Assembly: GCA_016748015.1 (NCBI GenBank)
Contig: JAAOMT010000451.1
Location: 67,251 to 77,831 of the forward strand
Length of the DNA stretch: 10,581 bases
Reading direction: 5' to 3'
From: Geosiphon pyriformis uo1
Taxonomy: Eukaryota; Fungi; Glomeromycota
This document shows positions 9,127 to 10,581 of this stretch, one piece after another. The notes under the pieces are model-generated. The model did no database searches, had not been told where the DNA came from, and saw only the letters and a list, made by a program, of their open reading frames with translations. Numbering within the stretch: position 1 is the stretch's first letter; each line of letters begins with the position of its first letter. The translations under genes and the position numbers were made by a program.

Positions 9127-9621
9127 AAGGTCAACAATTCTGCTTGTAGTCAGATATTGGATTCTCACATGGCTTCTTGGAAGGCTCTTACTGATTTGTC
9201 ATTCTTCTCGTTGGTTGTAATGCAGCTTTTGTTATCTTGTGCTTCAGATTTCCTTGTGTTTGTGGCTCTATGCAAGAGTTTTGTGTTTAATAATTGGTTT
9301 CACGAGGCTGTTTTTGTATTCTATGATCCCAAAATTGCAGGTTTGGAGGTGGTTAAGTTTGTGCACTCTCTTGATCTTGCCTTTAGGAATAGTATTTGGA
9401 TAGTTCGTGCTAAGCATTGTGCTTATATGAAGAGAGCCAAGTTGATTCCATTGAATGGTTCGACACCTGTTTCAGTCTTTGGTCTGGTTTTGGGGTTTTC
9501 TGCTGGTGTTGTCAAGCTGCTTGGCATTACTGAGGCTGTGAGCATTCGTTTCGGTTTTTGTAAACCATGTTTATTTTTTTCTGGTATAGGCAGTTTAGTT
9601 TCAGTTTGTATATCTAAATAG

Positions 9622-9741
9622 TGTTGTTCTGATCGGCCCAAGTGGCTGGTCACGTGTAGACAATGCATGATTTATGCCTAGTATAGAACATTTTCTTGAT
9701 ATGTAGTTCTAGGTAGTGTTTGGACCTCACTTGTAAAATAT
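9622..9741 (+). other. 3' UTR of copy A with predicted hairpins
   Basis: Lies between the ORF2 stop and the poly(A); homologous UTRs in copies B and C; stem TGATCGGCC/GGCTGGTCA at 9630-9652. Confidence 0.85.
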
Positions 9742-9760
9742 AAAAAAAAAAAAAAAAAAA
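9742..9760 (+). repeat. Poly(A) tail (A19) of copy A
   Basis: 19 uninterrupted A directly before the right TSD. Confidence 0.95.
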
Positions 9761-9772
9761 TTGCTAGTAAAA
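9761..9772 (+). repeat. Right TSD of copy A (TTGCTAGTAAAA)
   Basis: Duplicate of 2855-2868 without the GA insertion. Confidence 0.8.
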
Positions 9773-9913
9773 TCAGTAGCCATGTGCAAATCAAGTTGCC
9801 AAACCAATAAAAAGCTGAGCCAATCAACATTTGAAAGCAGGCTATTTGCCAAAAACTTAGAACCAAAACCAACCTTCTAATATGTATGACAAATAGAATA
9901 AAAAATGTTACAA
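9761..9913 (-). mobile_element. Copy B, 5' part up to its 5' truncation point
   Basis: Minus strand reads CNIFYSICHTY*KVGFGSKFLANSLLSNVDWLSFLLVWQLDLHMATDFTS vs copy A CDICQSICRAHWEVGSGTRFLKDDLLLDVDWFHSSIVWYPNLHMATGYTS (8824-8973). It continues in frame at about 2856. Confidence 0.93.
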
Positions 9914-9925
9914 ACACAAAATAAT
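9914..9925 (+). repeat. Right TSD of copy B (ACACAAAATAAT)
   Basis: Identical to 2073-2084, located where copy B homology stops. Confidence 0.9.
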
Positions 9926-10581
9926 ATAAAAACTAATATCAAAGTAACTTAATATTAATTTTATACTAATTAAAAATTTTTAAAAAAAAATTATTTATTT
10001 AATAATTTTTAATAAATAAACAAATTCAAGTTATTAATAAAAACATAATCTAAACACTCTATTTTTTTACAATATATATATAATACACTTAAATATTTAT
10101 TATTATATAATTATTTTTGAATAACTATTGATTATTTTTTGTATAAAGTTTTTATTACATAAATTTGTAAATCAATAATAGATTTACTTATGGTTTTAGT
10201 AGTCATATAAAAATTAATATATCAAATTAAAGTAATAAAATACTAATTAATATTATCAACAAATAAAAAAATTAATATTTTTAAACCTAATTCAGTTTTT
10301 TATAAAAAATACTTGACTGTATTATTTGCTAATTTAATAAAATAATATGTATTGCCAAAAACTATCTAATTAACTGCTATTAAGAATGTTTTATTAACAT
10401 TTATTGAAAAAACAAGTCTTAATAACATAATTTAATATATTAATACATTAGTTTATTTATTATATAAAATACTAAAATAATCTTTAACTTTAACTTATTT
10501 TACAGAAATATTTTTAAATTAACCAAGTTTTTAACATGATAACATTTAATTCAAAAACAATTTTAAAAATTAAAAATATTT
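9914..10581 (-). mobile_element. Copy C, upstream part: eroded RNase H C-terminal half and zinc-finger region; runs off the window end
   Basis: Minus strand reads ISVK*VKVKDYFSILYNK*TNVL (RNase H WxKVKGHSG..NE.AD), then ISKSIIDLQIYVIKTLYKK*SIVIQK*LYNNKYLSVLYIYCKKIECLDYVF vs TSRSSANACTYFMKALHHQLSVAVRKRLYNKCYSSVLYLYCGDVESSDHVF. It joins 2072 in frame across the TSD (FDISFYIILC|KNFIF). Confidence 0.88.

Larger units (their letters stand above)
4944..9621 (+). pseudogene. LINE ORF2 polyprotein (APE endonuclease - reverse transcriptase - RNase H - C-terminal zinc finger)
   Basis: ATG 4944 MTHLI*KIATCNVRGMN. Frame 3 with stops at 4959, 6390, 6624 and 7020; frameshift near 8085; then frame 1 with a stop at 8128, ending at TAG 9619-9621. 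This joins the listed ORFs 4989-6392, 6411-6626, 6645-7022, 7023-8093 and 8200-9621. Confidence 0.95.
2869..9760 (+). mobile_element. Copy A (youngest): full-length, about 6.9 kb non-LTR retrotransposon (APE-type LINE with RNase H, L1-like), inactivated
   Basis: Short 5' UTR, ORF1, ORF2 (APE-RT-RNase H-CCHC), 120-nt 3' UTR, A19 tail and flanking TSD; multiple premature stops and two frameshifts. Confidence 0.96.

Noticed and set aside
4944-9621. Stop-codon reassignment (TGA=Trp) or a prokaryotic RT system (group II intron, retron, DGR)
   Set aside because: Stops are mixed TGA/TAG at inferred Trp and Arg sites, with frameshifts and dead catalytic residues, which indicates decay. APE-RT-RNase H with poly(A) and TSD is a eukaryotic LINE layout.
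2101-9760. Long inverted repeat (2101-2856 vs about 8975-9741) read as terminal inverted repeats of a DNA transposon, DIRS or Penelope-like element, or as a twin-priming inversion
   Set aside because: The arms are diverged, the left arm continues beyond copy A's poly(A), and each element has its own TSD. It is antisense nesting.
3189-9917. Numerous short antisense and off-frame ORFs inside the LINE
   Set aside because: No recognisable motifs; they are expected shadows of a long, compositionally skewed coding strand.

Overview
Eukaryotic repeat-region DNA with no intact host gene. It is probably fungal: the proteins resemble, from memory only, the RNase H-bearing LINEs of Glomeromycotina such as Geosiphon, and this is unverified. 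Almost every sequenced base belongs to one group of related non-LTR retrotransposons. The main element is a full-length but pseudogenised LINE on the + strand (2869-9760). It has ORF1 (two RRM-like units, a CCHC knuckle, coiled coils), ORF2 (APE endonuclease, RT, RNase H, C-terminal CCHC), an ATGA ORF1/ORF2 overlap, an A19 tail and a target-site duplication (TSD). It is inserted inside a 5'-truncated, more decayed minus-strand relative (2085-2868 + 9761-9913; perfect 12-bp TSD). That copy is in turn inserted inside a third, extremely AT-eroded minus-strand relative (1604-2084 + 9914-10581). A fourth, equally eroded + strand copy occupies 1-979, ahead of an assembly gap (980-1563). The apparently featureless AT-rich flanks are therefore fossil ORF2 sequence. 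The nested series records an ordered gradient of C>T/G>A erosion that is RIP-like but not restricted to CpA or CpG.
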